Source: Lysobacterales bacterium (GTDB lineage: Bacteria; Pseudomonadota; Gammaproteobacteria; Xanthomonadales; SZUA-36). Taken from it: a DNA stretch of 64,000 bases. The notes under the pieces were generated by a model. The model saw only the letters and a list, made by a program, of their open reading frames with translations, made no database searches and had not been told where the DNA came from. Shown here piece after piece: positions 1 through 10,864 of this stretch. The stretch spans positions 17,294 to 81,293 of the forward strand of contig JAOZKI010000002.1 in assembly GCA_029935455.1 (NCBI GenBank), in the 5' to 3' direction. A program made the position numbers and the translations under genes. Positions within the stretch are counted from its first letter, which is position 1; each line of letters starts with the position of its first letter.

Positions 1-831
1 CAGGGATACCTGACGGTAAGCCCAGGCCTGTTTGGTCAAATCATCATAGATGATGAGCGCGTCTTCACCGCGATCGCGGAAGTACTCACCCATGGTGCAG
101 CCCGCGTAGGGCGCGATGTACTGCATGGCCGCCGAATCAGAGGCGGAAGCGTTCACCACAATGGTGTGCTCCATGGCGCCATGTTCTTCCAGCTTGGCCA
201 CCAGGTTGGCAACGGTGGACTGCTTCTGACCCACCGCCACGTAGATGCATTTAATGCCGGACTTGGCCTGGTTGATGATGGTATCAACCGCAATCGCCGT
301 TTTACCGATCTGACGGTCACCAATGATCAGCTCGCGCTGGCCCCGACCGATGGGCACCATGGAGTCGATGGATTTCAGACCGGTCTGTACCGGCTGGTCA
401 ACGGACTTACGCCAGATAACGCCCGGCGCCACCTTTTCGATCGGCGAGAAGCCATCGTTGTCGACCGGTCCCTGACCGTCAATCGGGTTACCCAGGGCGT
501 CAACAACACGACCCAGCAGACCGCGACCGTGCGGCACCTCGAGAATACGACCGGTACATTTGACCGTATCGCCTTCCGTGATGTGCTCGTAGTCGCCGAG
601 AATTACACAGCCGACCGCGTCGCGCTCGAGGTTAAGGGCCAGCCCGAAGGTGTTGCCCGGAAACTCGATCATCTCGCCCTGCATGGCATCTTCCAGACCG
701 TGAATCTGGGCAATACCGTCAGACACGGAAACCACCGTGCCTTCGTTGCGGGTTTCAGCTGAAATGTTCAGCTCGTCAACGCGTTTTTTGATCAGCTCGC
801 TGATTTCAGAGGGGTTCAGTGTTGCTTGCAT
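1..831 (-). CDS. atpA: F0F1 ATP synthase subunit alpha, first 277 codons (3' end outside window)
   Basis: Absent from the ORF track because it has no stop in the window. The reverse complement from ATG at 829-831 reads [17 protein letters not shown]. The rc of nt 1-60 reads [20 protein letters not shown], a conserved F1-alpha segment. It follows atpH in the canonical atp order. Confidence 0.95.
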   Translation of the reverse strand, partial: MQATLNPSEISELIKKRVDELNISAETRNEGTVVSVSDGIAQIHGLEDAMQGEMIEFPGNTFGLALNLERDAVGCVILGDYEHITEGDTVKCTGRILEVPHGRGLLGRVVDALGNPIDGQGPVDNDGFSPIEKVAPGVIWRKSVDQPVQTGLKSIDSMVPIGRGQRELIIGDRQIGKTAIAVDTIINQAKSGIKCIYVAVGQKQSTVANLVAKLEEHGAMEHTIVVNASASDSAAMQYIAPYAGCTMGEYFRDRGEDALIIYDDLTKQAWAYRQVSL

Positions 832-893
832 CGTCTTTTTCCTGTGAAAACCGTCTCACCGTGAGACGGAGGGTTTCACTACATGTCAATTCG

Positions 894-1427
894 TCAGACC
901 AGAGAGCTCTCAAGCTTTTCCAGCCGGCCGCGGAGTGAGCCGTCGATCACTTCGTCACCCGCGTAAATTACCGCACCGCCCAGCACCGAGGCATCGACCT
1001 CGTTGTGCAGTTCAATGGTGCGCTCGAAACGCTTGGCCAGCGCATCGCTCATGCGGCTGGTCTGCTCATCGTCCAGGGCGACGGCAGACACAACCCGCAC
1101 GCTGAGGCGATTCTCCGCCGCTTCGCGTAGGTCGCCGTAGAGCGCGGCCACTTCCGGCACCAGCGCCAGGCGATCGTGCTCAGCCATGACGGCGAGGAAG
1201 CGTTCAAAAGCGGCTTCCAGCTCACCGCCTGCCGCATCACGCACCAGACCAACGGCCTGTTCCGTGTTGCGTTCCGGGCTTTCCAGCCAGGCCGCGATCG
1301 CGTCGTTCTGCACCACACCAGAAGCCAGTGCCAGCGCATCACCCCAGCTGGGCAGCGCATCAGCACTGCTGGCCAGATCAAAGGCCGCTTTCGCGTAGGG
1401 GCGGGCAAGGGTTGTCAGGCTGCTCAT
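894..1427 (-). CDS. atpH: F0F1 ATP synthase subunit delta (OSCP)
   Basis: 177-aa ORF starting MSSLTTLARPYAKAAFDLA, a typical delta/OSCP N-terminus. It lies between atpF and atpA. Confidence 0.9.
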   Translation of the reverse strand: MSSLTTLARPYAKAAFDLASSADALPSWGDALALASGVVQNDAIAAWLESPERNTEQAVGLVRDAAGGELEAAFERFLAVMAEHDRLALVPEVAALYGDLREAAENRLSVRVVSAVALDDEQTSRMSDALAKRFERTIELHNEVDASVLGGAVIYAGDEVIDGSLRGRLEKLESSLV

Positions 1428-1437
1428 AGCGGTGCGC

Positions 1438-1908
1438 TCAGATCTGTGCGATCAGTTTGTCCAGCAGCTCGCGGTGGGCGTTTTCGTCGATTTCTTTCTC
1501 AAGAATCTTGGAAGCGCCGGCCACGGCCAGGGTCGCTACGGAAGCGCGCAGCTCCTCACGTGCCTGGTTGGCTGCCTGGGAAATATCGGCCTCGGCCGCA
1601 GACACCTGCCGCTGCCGTTCAGCAGTAGCTTCGTCCTTGGCTTCGTCCACAATCTGATTGCGACGCTGATTCGCCTGATCGAGGATATCGCCAGCCTTGT
1701 TACGGGCTTCCTTGATTTCCTCTTCCGCGCGACCTTCAGCTTCCGCCAGCGCTTTCTCAGCACGGTCGGATGCAGCCAGTCCATCCGCGATCTTCTCGCG
1801 GCGTTCATCCATGGCTTTGAGCAACGGCGGCCAAATGAATTTCATGCAGAACCACACGAAAATCATCATGGCGATCGTTTGCAAAAACAGGGTGGCATTA
1901 ATGTTCAT
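1438..1908 (-). CDS. atpF: F0F1 ATP synthase subunit b
   Basis: 156 aa with one N-terminal hydrophobic helix ([19 protein letters not shown]) and then a long A/E/R/K-rich helical region. It lies between atpE and atpH. Confidence 0.9.
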   Translation of the reverse strand: MNINATLFLQTIAMMIFVWFCMKFIWPPLLKAMDERREKIADGLAASDRAEKALAEAEGRAEEEIKEARNKAGDILDQANQRRNQIVDEAKDEATAERQRQVSAAEADISQAANQAREELRASVATLAVAGASKILEKEIDENAHRELLDKLIAQI

Positions 1909-1983
1909 GCCGGTACCTCTCGGTCTGTCTGGAAAACGGGGCCGGGTCGTTGCTGGGCAGCAACCCGGCCCGCGAGGGAGCTA

Positions 1984-2268
<285 letters not shown>

Positions 2269-2297
2269 CTAAGAGTTTTTTGCTTAAAAAAAATCGT

Positions 2298-3353
<1,056 letters not shown>

Positions 3354-3390
3354 CTACCTTGAAATTTCTGATCCACCGCCAAGGTGGGTA

Positions 3391-3783
3391 TTAACTGGCG
3401 AAAATCAACCCCAACCAGCCGGCCATAATGACCAGACCCATGCCGGCAAAGAACCAACCGGCGGCCAGGGGCTTAACGCCCACGAACACGGCAACGCAAA
3501 TCACCGCACACAACAACCATTTCAGCGCCTCTGCCAGGACCGCCGCACGCAAAAAGCGATTGCTCTCAGCGCCGAAGCGGCGCGCCACAATCAGCGCAAA
3601 CAGCAGGGCCGGCAAAAAGGCGGCCAGACCACCGAAAAAGGCGGAATAGGCTGCCACTGAACCAGCCAGCGGGTAAGCGGTCAGCGCCAGCAACAGCGCG
3701 ACCAGCGATTGCACCCGCAGCCACCGTTGCGTCATGCGGAGGTTGTTCACCGCGGCCGGAACGGTCATCTGCTTATGTCCCAT
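3391..3783 (-). CDS. atpI: ATP synthase protein I
   Basis: 130-aa hydrophobic ORF directly upstream of atpB. The call rests on position and size only. Confidence 0.7.
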   Translation of the reverse strand: MGHKQMTVPAAVNNLRMTQRWLRVQSLVALLLALTAYPLAGSVAAYSAFFGGLAAFLPALLFALIVARRFGAESNRFLRAAVLAEALKWLLCAVICVAVFVGVKPLAAGWFFAGMGLVIMAGWLGLIFAS

Positions 3784-3877
3784 CTTTATGTTGACGGCTC
3801 TGGGGTCGAACGCCGGCTGGCGCTGACGGGGCCGTTTTCACCGCGGCAGCGTGCTGCGCGAGCGACAAAGACCGCCT

Positions 3878-3907
3878 ATTTTACCATTTGATTTTTCTAT
3901 GGGGCAA
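3878..3907 (-). promoter_or_regulatory. Candidate sigma-70 promoter of the atp operon
   Basis: The minus strand reads TTGCCC-18 nt-TAAAAT, about 95 nt upstream of the atpI ATG, inside the 176-bp parB-atpI gap. Confidence 0.35.
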
Positions 3908-3959
3908 TAGAAAGAAGGGCAAAAAAGCCAACTGAGCCGCCACCGGCGCGCCTTAATCG

Positions 3960-4835
3960 CTAGCGTTTGGCCAGATGGCCGATGATGCCTTCCAGCTCAT
4001 CGGCCGAGTTATAGCTGATCACCAGCTTGCCCTTGCCTTTGTGCCTGCCGCCGGACTGATGCTGAATGCGCACCTTGGCACAGAGCTTTTCCGTCAACTC
4101 GTCCTGCAGACGCAGGATATCCGGGTCCACGGCTTTCGAACGCGGCTTGCCCGGCTGCAGCAGACGTTTGACCAGCGCCTCTGTTTCGCGCACGGACAGT
4201 TGCCGACGCATGATGTCACGGGCCGCCGCAGCTTGCTGCGGCTCCGGCAGCGCCAGCAGGGCCCGCGCATGACCCATTTCCAGTCGCCCCTGATCGATCA
4301 GCTCACGCACCGGCGCCGCCAGCTCCAGCAAACGCATGAGATTGCTGACCGCTGAGCGCGAGCGGCCAACCGCTTCCGCCGCTTCCTGATGTGTCAGCTG
4401 GAATTCATCCACCAGGCGCCGCAGCGCTGTGGCTTCCTCCAGGGGATTCAGGTCCTCGCGCTGAATGTTCTCCACCAGCGCCATGGCAATGGCGGTCTCA
4501 TCGGAGACCTCCCGCACCACTGCGGGGATCGCATCCACCTCCGCCATCTGGGCTGCACGCCAGCGCCGCTCTCCGGCAATCAGCTCGAAGCCGCCGTCGG
4601 CCAGAGCGCGCACCACCACTGGTTGGATCACACCCTGCTGACGGATGGATTCGGCCAGTTCCTCCAGGCGCTCCTGATCAAACACGGAGCGGGGTTGGTA
4701 GGCGCCGGGGCGAATACGATCCAGCGGCAGATCGCGCAGCGCCGCCGCCTCGGTCACTTCCGTGGCTTTTTGCAGCGTGGAGGAGCTGAGCATGGACGAC
4801 AGATTGCGCCCCAATGGATTCTTTTTGCCTGACAT
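3960..4835 (-). CDS. parB: Chromosome partitioning protein ParB
   Basis: The track ORF (to 5027) would overlap parA. The internal ATG at 4835 gives MSGKKNPLGRNLSSML. The ParB motif LIAGERRWRAAQMA and the HTH LTHQEAAEAVGRSRSAVSN are present. Confidence 0.92.
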   Translation of the reverse strand: MSGKKNPLGRNLSSMLSSSTLQKATEVTEAAALRDLPLDRIRPGAYQPRSVFDQERLEELAESIRQQGVIQPVVVRALADGGFELIAGERRWRAAQMAEVDAIPAVVREVSDETAIAMALVENIQREDLNPLEEATALRRLVDEFQLTHQEAAEAVGRSRSAVSNLMRLLELAAPVRELIDQGRLEMGHARALLALPEPQQAAAARDIMRRQLSVRETEALVKRLLQPGKPRSKAVDPDILRLQDELTEKLCAKVRIQHQSGGRHKGKGKLVISYNSADELEGIIGHLAKR

Positions 4836-4857
4836 GTTCCGGTCCTTTCCTGAGCAG

Positions 4858-5637
4858 CTAGCCAGCCTCGCGCTTGCGACGCCGTCGCAGCACCTCTCCG
4901 GCCAACCCGAGGTAAGCCAGCGCGCCGCGTGAACCCGGATCATAACGCAGCACCGGCAGGCCGTGACTGGGCGCTTCCGCCACACGCACGTTGCGCGGTA
5001 CCAGCGTGCGGTACACGCGATCACCAAAATGTTCCAGCAACTGACCGGATACCGCCGTCGACAGGTTATTACGACCGTCGTACATGGTGCGCAGCAGGCC
5101 TTCGATTTCCAGCTTCGGATTCACGCTGGCCCGCACCTGCTCCACCGTTTCCAGCAACGCCGCCAGACCCTCCAGCGCATAGTATTCACACTGAATCGGA
5201 ATCAATACGCTGTTGGCAGCGGCCAGCGCATTGAGCGTCAGCATGTTCAGGGACGGCGGGCAGTCAATAATGATCCAGCCGTAGCGCGGGGCAACCGCTT
5301 CCAGGGCCTGGCGCAGACGAAACTCACGCCCCTCCTGCCCCATGAGCTCTACCTCGGCCGCGCCGAGATCACCGTTGGAAGGCAGAACGTCAAAATTGAG
5401 CGCTTCCGGAGCAACGGTCGCCGCAGCCAGATCCGCATCACCCAGCAGCACTTCGAAAGCCGTCTGCTTCAGGCCGCGGGGGTCTACGCCACAGCCGGTA
5501 GAGGCGTTGCCCTGCGGATCCAGGTCCACCAGCAACACCCGGTAGTTCATGTCTGCCAGGGCAGCAGCCAGGTTCACGGCGGTGGTGGTTTTACCCACCC
5601 CGCCTTTCTGATTGGCGACGGCGATAATGCGAGCCAT
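4858..5637 (-). CDS. parA: Chromosome partitioning ATPase ParA/Soj
   Basis: Start re-picked at ATG 5637, giving MARIIAVANQKGGVGKTTT (deviant Walker A). It ends 22 nt upstream of parB. Confidence 0.93.
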   Translation of the reverse strand: MARIIAVANQKGGVGKTTTAVNLAAALADMNYRVLLVDLDPQGNASTGCGVDPRGLKQTAFEVLLGDADLAAATVAPEALNFDVLPSNGDLGAAEVELMGQEGREFRLRQALEAVAPRYGWIIIDCPPSLNMLTLNALAAANSVLIPIQCEYYALEGLAALLETVEQVRASVNPKLEIEGLLRTMYDGRNNLSTAVSGQLLEHFGDRVYRTLVPRNVRVAEAPSHGLPVLRYDPGSRGALAYLGLAGEVLRRRRKREAG

Positions 5638-5694
5638 GGTACGTTTCTTCTTTCCCGTTATCCCGGGGCTGGTCCAGCTTGGCCAGCCTCTCAT

Positions 5695-6342
5695 TTAATC
5701 CCGGTCGGGCTGCAGGCGCAGTTCGACCAAATGGCGCTCGGCCTCCAGTCCGGGCACGCTGAGCGCGGTAATCTCATCCAGCTCAACCCAGGACGGCAGC
5801 GCCTCAAGCTCCGCCTTCGGCAACTGACCCTTCATGGCCAGCAAGCGGGTTTGCGGGCCTGCGAGATGACGCACGGAGGCGGCAAAATCAGCCAGCGAAC
5901 TGAATGCGCGCGAAGTGATGGTACGGAAATCCATCGCTTCTGAGAAGCGCTCGATACGCGCGTGCTCGGCCCGGGCGGCAGGCAGGTCCGCGCTGCGTAT
6001 CACCTGGCGCAAAAAACGGACTTTCTTGCCCGCACTGTCCACCATCACCGTGGGCAGCTCCGGGCGCAGAACCGCCAGGGGAATGCCTGGAAACCCTGCA
6101 CCGCTGCCCACGTCCAGCAGCGCGCCGTCTGACAGGAAGCGTGCGATCGACAGGGAGTCGAGCAGATGCCGGGGTACCAGCTGAGCCAACTCCCCGGGCG
6201 CAACCAGATTGAAGCTCTTGCTCCAGCGCCGCAGCAGCATCAGGTGCTGCAGCCACTGCTCCAGCTGGGCTGGACTGGCCTCCAGGGACAGCGCCGCCAA
6301 ACCCCGCTCCAGTTCGGCCCGCTCTGCCGGCGAGCTAGTCAT
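5695..6342 (-). CDS. rsmG: 16S rRNA (guanine527-N7)-methyltransferase
   Basis: 215 aa with the SAM-binding motif LLDVGSGAGFPGIPLA. It sits in the canonical position upstream of parA. Confidence 0.9.
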   Translation of the reverse strand: MTSSPAERAELERGLAALSLEASPAQLEQWLQHLMLLRRWSKSFNLVAPGELAQLVPRHLLDSLSIARFLSDGALLDVGSGAGFPGIPLAVLRPELPTVMVDSAGKKVRFLRQVIRSADLPAARAEHARIERFSEAMDFRTITSRAFSSLADFAASVRHLAGPQTRLLAMKGQLPKAELEALPSWVELDEITALSVPGLEAERHLVELRLQPDRD

Positions 6343-6354
6343 CTTGCAGCCGGC

Positions 6355-6975
6355 TCAGAACTGTTTGGACCGCTTCATCTGCTTGACGATGCGATCCGAC
6401 AGGCGGGCGGCGAGATCCTGATACTCGATGTCTTCGCTTTGCGTGACCATGGACCAGACACGCTCCACCCGACGCACATCCACATACACCGTCTCCAGGG
6501 TCAGCTCCGTGGTGCGCTCGGCCCAGCCCGGACCTTCCCGTACCGTGTAGACGTCATAAAAATAAGGGCTGTACCAGCCACCAACGCCGGTACCAATGTT
6601 CTGTAACCAGTAGTCAGCGCGCTCGTAGCTGGCACCCCCGCCGCCACCGATCACAAACACCACCAGCAGCCCATCGGCGTTGGCATTGCGAATGGCCACC
6701 TCCACGCGTTCGCGGGTCAGCTGCCCACGCATGCCGGGAATTTCTGCGCTTTCCACCGCGTTCGCACCTTCCTTACGCAGCTGGCTGACGATATCCCGCT
6801 CCATCACCAGCCGTTCCAACTGGTCCGGCCACATGACGAGCACGGCCAGTTTTTCAGGCTGTTCCGGTGCCACCGTGTCCGATTGCCAGGTATCTACCAC
6901 CTTGGTGGTGCCACAGGCAGACAACAGCGCGAGGGCGGCCAGGCCGCAAACTAGAGACTTGAGTATTCGGGTCAT
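6355..6975 (-). CDS. Lipoprotein of unknown function
   Basis: 206 aa with a signal peptide and a lipobox (L18-S-A-C21). It ends 12 nt upstream of the rsmG start. Confidence 0.7.
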   Translation of the reverse strand: MTRILKSLVCGLAALALLSACGTTKVVDTWQSDTVAPEQPEKLAVLVMWPDQLERLVMERDIVSQLRKEGANAVESAEIPGMRGQLTRERVEVAIRNANADGLLVVFVIGGGGGASYERADYWLQNIGTGVGGWYSPYFYDVYTVREGPGWAERTTELTLETVYVDVRRVERVWSMVTQSEDIEYQDLAARLSDRIVKQMKRSKQF

Positions 6976-7004
6976 GAGCGAGGTCTTCCGTAATCAGACC
7001 GGCA

Positions 7005-8063
7005 TTATACGGTGGATGAGGGGCGCTTGACGATGGTCAGGTCAAGTTCTTCCGCGCGATGACAGGCCACCCAGTCACCATGCTCCAGTCGTCGCAGGGG
7101 TGGTACCTCAAGCTGACAGCGTTTGACCGCATAGGGACAGCGGGTATGGAACACGCAGCCTGCCGGTGGGTTCAGCGGCGAGGGCATGTCGCCGGTCAGC
7201 CCCGTATCAACTGGCTGTCGCGCCAGGGCCGGGTCCGGAATGGGCACGGCCTTGACCAGGGCGCTGGTGTAGGGATGCAGGGGCCGCCGGTAGAGCGCAT
7301 CAGCGCTGGCCACCTCCATGGCCCGGCCCAGGTACATGACCATCACCCGATCACTGATGTGGCGTACCACGGCCAGATCATGCGCAATAAACAGCAGCGA
7401 CAGGCGCAGCTTACGCTGCAGGTCGCGCAGCAGATTGATGATCTGGGCCTGAATGGAAACATCCAGCGCACTGACCGGCTCATCGCAAATAATCAGCTGC
7501 GGGTTCAGCACCAGGGCGCGGGCAATGCCAATGCGCTGACACTGGCCGCCGGAGAACTCGTGGGGATAGCGGTTGATCTGATTGGGCAGCAGCCCCACCA
7601 TTTTCATCATGCCACGCACCCGCTCCTCCACCTGCACCCGGGCAATCTTGGGATAAAAGGTCCACAGGGGCTCAGCGATAATGTCTCCCACGGTCATGCG
7701 CGGATTCAGTGAGGCCAGCGGGTCCTGGAAAATGATCTGAATTTCCTTGCGCTTTTTACGCAGCGCCTTCTCATCCAGCTGGGTAAGGTCCTGCCCCAGC
7801 CACAGCACGCGCCCCCGGCGCGGCCGCACCAGGCCCAGCAAAGCGCGCGCCAGTGTCGATTTGCCGCAACCCGATTCACCCACCACGCCCAGCGTCTCGC
7901 CGCGATAAAGCTCAAAGCTCATGCCATCCACAGCCCGCAGCGGTACCGTTTCGCTGCGCAGCAGGCCGCCCTGCTCTAGCTGATAGTGCACCGCGAGATC
8001 CTGTACCTTGAGCACTGGTTTTGCCTGGCCTGGCCCCACCCGTCGTTTCATGTTCGCGCTCAT
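7005..8063 (-). CDS. Peptide ABC transporter ATP-binding protein (OppF/DppF-like)
   Basis: Walker A GESGCGKST, signature FSGGQCQR and Walker B LIICDEPVSALD. It has the Cys-containing C-terminal extension typical of oligopeptide/dipeptide ATPases. Confidence 0.85.
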   Translation of the reverse strand: MSANMKRRVGPGQAKPVLKVQDLAVHYQLEQGGLLRSETVPLRAVDGMSFELYRGETLGVVGESGCGKSTLARALLGLVRPRRGRVLWLGQDLTQLDEKALRKKRKEIQIIFQDPLASLNPRMTVGDIIAEPLWTFYPKIARVQVEERVRGMMKMVGLLPNQINRYPHEFSGGQCQRIGIARALVLNPQLIICDEPVSALDVSIQAQIINLLRDLQRKLRLSLLFIAHDLAVVRHISDRVMVMYLGRAMEVASADALYRRPLHPYTSALVKAVPIPDPALARQPVDTGLTGDMPSPLNPPAGCVFHTRCPYAVKRCQLEVPPLRRLEHGDWVACHRAEELDLTIVKRPSSTV

Positions 8064-9022
8064 GCGTCCCGCTCCAAATGACAGCGAACCTGCTGACCCT
8101 GACCTGCCGCCGCCAGCTCCGGCGCCGCGCCACAGGCCTCAAAGGCGGCACCACAGCGCTCACGGAATGAACAACCTTGCGGCAGATCGAGCAAGTTCGG
8201 CGGATTGCCAGGAATGGCATGCAGTTGCCGGTCGTCGACCTGATCCAGGCGCGGCACGGAGGCAATCAGGCCGCGCGTGTAAGGGTGCTGGGGATGGTGA
8301 TAAATCTGCTCCGTGGTGCCGTACTCGACCACCTGGCCCGCATACATGACCATGACCTTGTCACTGACACCGGCCACCACGCCGAGATCGTGCGTGATCA
8401 GGATGGAGGCCATGCCAGAGCGCGCCACCACCTCCCGCACCAGCGCAGCGATCTGTGCCTGCACGGTCACATCCAGCGCCGTGGTGGGCTCGTCGGCAAT
8501 GAGGATGGCCGGCTCGCAAAGCAAACCCATGGCGATGAGAATGCGTTGCCGCATGCCGCCAGAGAATTCATGCGGGTACTGTTTGATGCGCTGCTCCGGA
8601 TCCGGAATACGCACCGCGCGCAGCATTTCCACCGCGTGGGTCTGTGCCTCGCGGCGCCCCAGCCCCTGGTGATGGCGCACCACCTCCACCATTTGCCGTT
8701 CAATGCTGAGATAGGGATTCAGCGAGGTCATGGGATCCTGAAAAATCATGGCAATGTCTTTACCACGATGGGCATTCAGCTGCGGCGGCGTCATGGCCAT
8801 CAGATCCTGACCCCGATAGCGGGCGACACCGCTGGCAGAACCATTTTCTGCCAGCAGCCCGAGCATGGCCAACATGGCCTGAGACTTGCCCGAGCCCGAT
8901 TCGCCCACAATGGCCAGCCCTTCACCCGGCTGTAAGCTGAAGTCGATACCCCGCACCGCCTCAACCGTTCCGTCTGGCGTCTCAAAACTGACCTGCAGAT
9001 CGCGGACCTCCAGCAGCGCCAT
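8060..9022 (-). CDS. Peptide ABC transporter ATP-binding protein (OppD/DppD-like)
   Basis: Walker A GESGSGKSQ, signature FSGGMRQR and Walker B LIADEPTTALD. It overlaps the next ATPase gene by 4 nt. Confidence 0.85.
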   Translation of the reverse strand: MALLEVRDLQVSFETPDGTVEAVRGIDFSLQPGEGLAIVGESGSGKSQAMLAMLGLLAENGSASGVARYRGQDLMAMTPPQLNAHRGKDIAMIFQDPMTSLNPYLSIERQMVEVVRHHQGLGRREAQTHAVEMLRAVRIPDPEQRIKQYPHEFSGGMRQRILIAMGLLCEPAILIADEPTTALDVTVQAQIAALVREVVARSGMASILITHDLGVVAGVSDKVMVMYAGQVVEYGTTEQIYHHPQHPYTRGLIASVPRLDQVDDRQLHAIPGNPPNLLDLPQGCSFRERCGAAFEACGAAPELAAAGQGQQVRCHLERDA

Positions 9023-9936
9023 CAGAGCCGGTCCTTGGGATCCAGCGCGTCGCGCAGACCATCACCGATATAGTTGAAACAGTAGAGCGTGATGGTCAGC
9101 ATGGCGGCCGGAAATACCAGCGTCCAGGGCGCCGACTCCATATCTTGTGCCCCATCATTCACCAGCGCACCCCAGGAACTCATGGGTTCCTGTACACCAA
9201 GCCCGAGAAAACTGAGAAAAGACTCCACCAGAATGACCTGGGGGATGGTCAGGGTGACATAAACCATCACCACACCGAGCAAATTGGGCACGATATGACG
9301 GCGAATGATGTCCCGGTTTTCCACCCCGCAGGCACGCGCTGCCTCCACGTATTCCATGCGCTTCAAGCCCAGCGTCTGGCCGCGCACAATGCGCGCCATG
9401 TCGAGCCAGTTTACGGCCCCGATGGCGACAAAAATCAACACAATGTGGCGCCCAAAAACCACCATGAGCAGAATGACAAAGAACATGAATGGTAGCGCGT
9501 AGATGATGTCGACCAGGCGCATCATGATGCGGTCCGTCACACCGCCGTAGTAGCCGGCAATGGCCCCATAGGTGACACCGATAAGCAGACTCACCAGCGT
9601 GGCTACCACCCCAACCAGCAGGGAAATGCGTCCGCCCTGCAGCGTGCGCACGAGAATATCCCGCCCTACCGCATCGGTTCCAAACCAGTGGCCGTTGGCC
9701 AGACTGGGCGGCGAATTTGTATGGTCCCAGTCCGTGTAATCCAGATCCCAGGGGCTGAGCATGGGCCCGAAAATCACCACCAAGATCATCATGCCCATCA
9801 ACAGCGCGCTGATCACAGCAGCGCGGTTCTTCAGTAGCCGGTGCCAGGCATCTTCCCAGGGCGAGCGGCCCTTCACATCACCGAGCGTCAGCGCGGCTTC
9901 AAAGGCGTCAAGGGCAGCCGGCTCAGCGCTCTTCAT
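9022..9936 (-). CDS. Peptide ABC transporter permease (OppC/DppC-like)
   Basis: 304-aa polytopic ORF with the permease loop EAARACGVENRDIIRRHIVPN. Confidence 0.85.
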   Translation of the reverse strand: MKSAEPAALDAFEAALTLGDVKGRSPWEDAWHRLLKNRAAVISALLMGMMILVVIFGPMLSPWDLDYTDWDHTNSPPSLANGHWFGTDAVGRDILVRTLQGGRISLLVGVVATLVSLLIGVTYGAIAGYYGGVTDRIMMRLVDIIYALPFMFFVILLMVVFGRHIVLIFVAIGAVNWLDMARIVRGQTLGLKRMEYVEAARACGVENRDIIRRHIVPNLLGVVMVYVTLTIPQVILVESFLSFLGLGVQEPMSSWGALVNDGAQDMESAPWTLVFPAAMLTITLYCFNYIGDGLRDALDPKDRL

Positions 9937-10864
9937 AGCGAATCTTCGGGTTCAAAATTGAGTACAGCATGTCAACGATGAAGTTCAACATGATGATCAG
10001 AAAACCATAAAAAATCACCACACCCATTACCAGCGTGTAGTCACGATTCAGGGCCCCCTGTACGAAATAGCTGCCGAGACCAGGAATCGCAAAGATACGC
10101 TCGATCACGACGGAGCCGGTGATCAGGGCGGCCGTGGCAGGTCCCATGTAGGAAATGACCGGCAGCAGCGCCGGCTTCAGCGCATGGCGCAGGATCACGT
10201 GCCATTCAGGCAAGCCCTTGGCCCGAGCGGTACGAATGAAGTTGCTGTGGAGCATCTCGATCATGCTGCCGCGCATCAGTCTGGCGATATAGGCAATCAC
10301 CGGTAACGCCAGCGTTATCACAGGCAGTACGGCGGAGCGCCAACCACCGTCCCAGCCGCCTGCCGGCAGCCAGCCCGCATAAACGGCAAACAGGAGAATC
10401 AGCACCGGTGCCACCACAAAGTTGGGGATGGAAACGCCCAGCATGGCAAAACCCATGGTGGCGTAGTCAGCCGCCGTATTCTGGCGCAGCGCGGACAGCA
10501 CGCCCACGGTAACCCCCACCAGAAACCCCAGCAGCATGGCAAAACCACCGATGGTCAGGGACACGGGAAAGCCCTGCGCGATCAATTCATTGACGGTCCA
10601 GTCCTTGTACTGGAACGACGGGCCAAAATCGAGCACCAGAATCTGTCCCAGATAGCGGAAATACTGCTGTAGCAACGGCTCATCAAGGTGGTATTTGGCC
10701 TCCAGATTGGCCTGAATGTCCGGCGGCAGTGCCTTTTCGCTGTCAAAGGGCCCACCGGGCGCAATGCGCATCAGAAAAAACACCACGGTAATCAACAGCA
10801 AGAGCGTGGGCAGCACTCCGAGCAGACGCTGGCCGGCATGTCTGAGCAGGCTTTGCTGGCGCAT
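9923..10864 (-). CDS. Peptide ABC transporter permease (OppB/DppB-like)
   Basis: 313-aa polytopic ORF with the loop RTARAKGLPEWHVILRHALKPALLPV. Confidence 0.85.
   Translation of the reverse strand: MRQQSLLRHAGQRLLGVLPTLLLLITVVFFLMRIAPGGPFDSEKALPPDIQANLEAKYHLDEPLLQQYFRYLGQILVLDFGPSFQYKDWTVNELIAQGFPVSLTIGGFAMLLGFLVGVTVGVLSALRQNTAADYATMGFAMLGVSIPNFVVAPVLILLFAVYAGWLPAGGWDGGWRSAVLPVITLALPVIAYIARLMRGSMIEMLHSNFIRTARAKGLPEWHVILRHALKPALLPVISYMGPATAALITGSVVIERIFAIPGLGSYFVQGALNRDYTLVMGVVIFYGFLIIMLNFIVDMLYSILNPKIRYEER

Noticed and set aside
3784-3959. Looked for parS (TGTTNCACGTGAAACA-like) sites near parB and for DnaA-box clusters
   Set aside because: None was recognised by eye here or elsewhere in the window. 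A computational scan would be needed to exclude degenerate sites.
4836-5027. N-terminal extension of the parB track ORF. Similar extensions occur for dsbD to 31641, hemL to 40758, the SDR from 38297, aroQ to 28631, tdk to 24546 and the S9 peptidase to 51435.
   Set aside because: The extensions overlap upstream genes or lack any signal or family similarity. Internal ATGs give canonical N-termini, often with a Shine-Dalgarno sequence.
4963-5943. 326-aa plus-strand ORF
   Set aside because: It is antisense to parA and rsmG and has a low-complexity R/Q/H-rich sequence.
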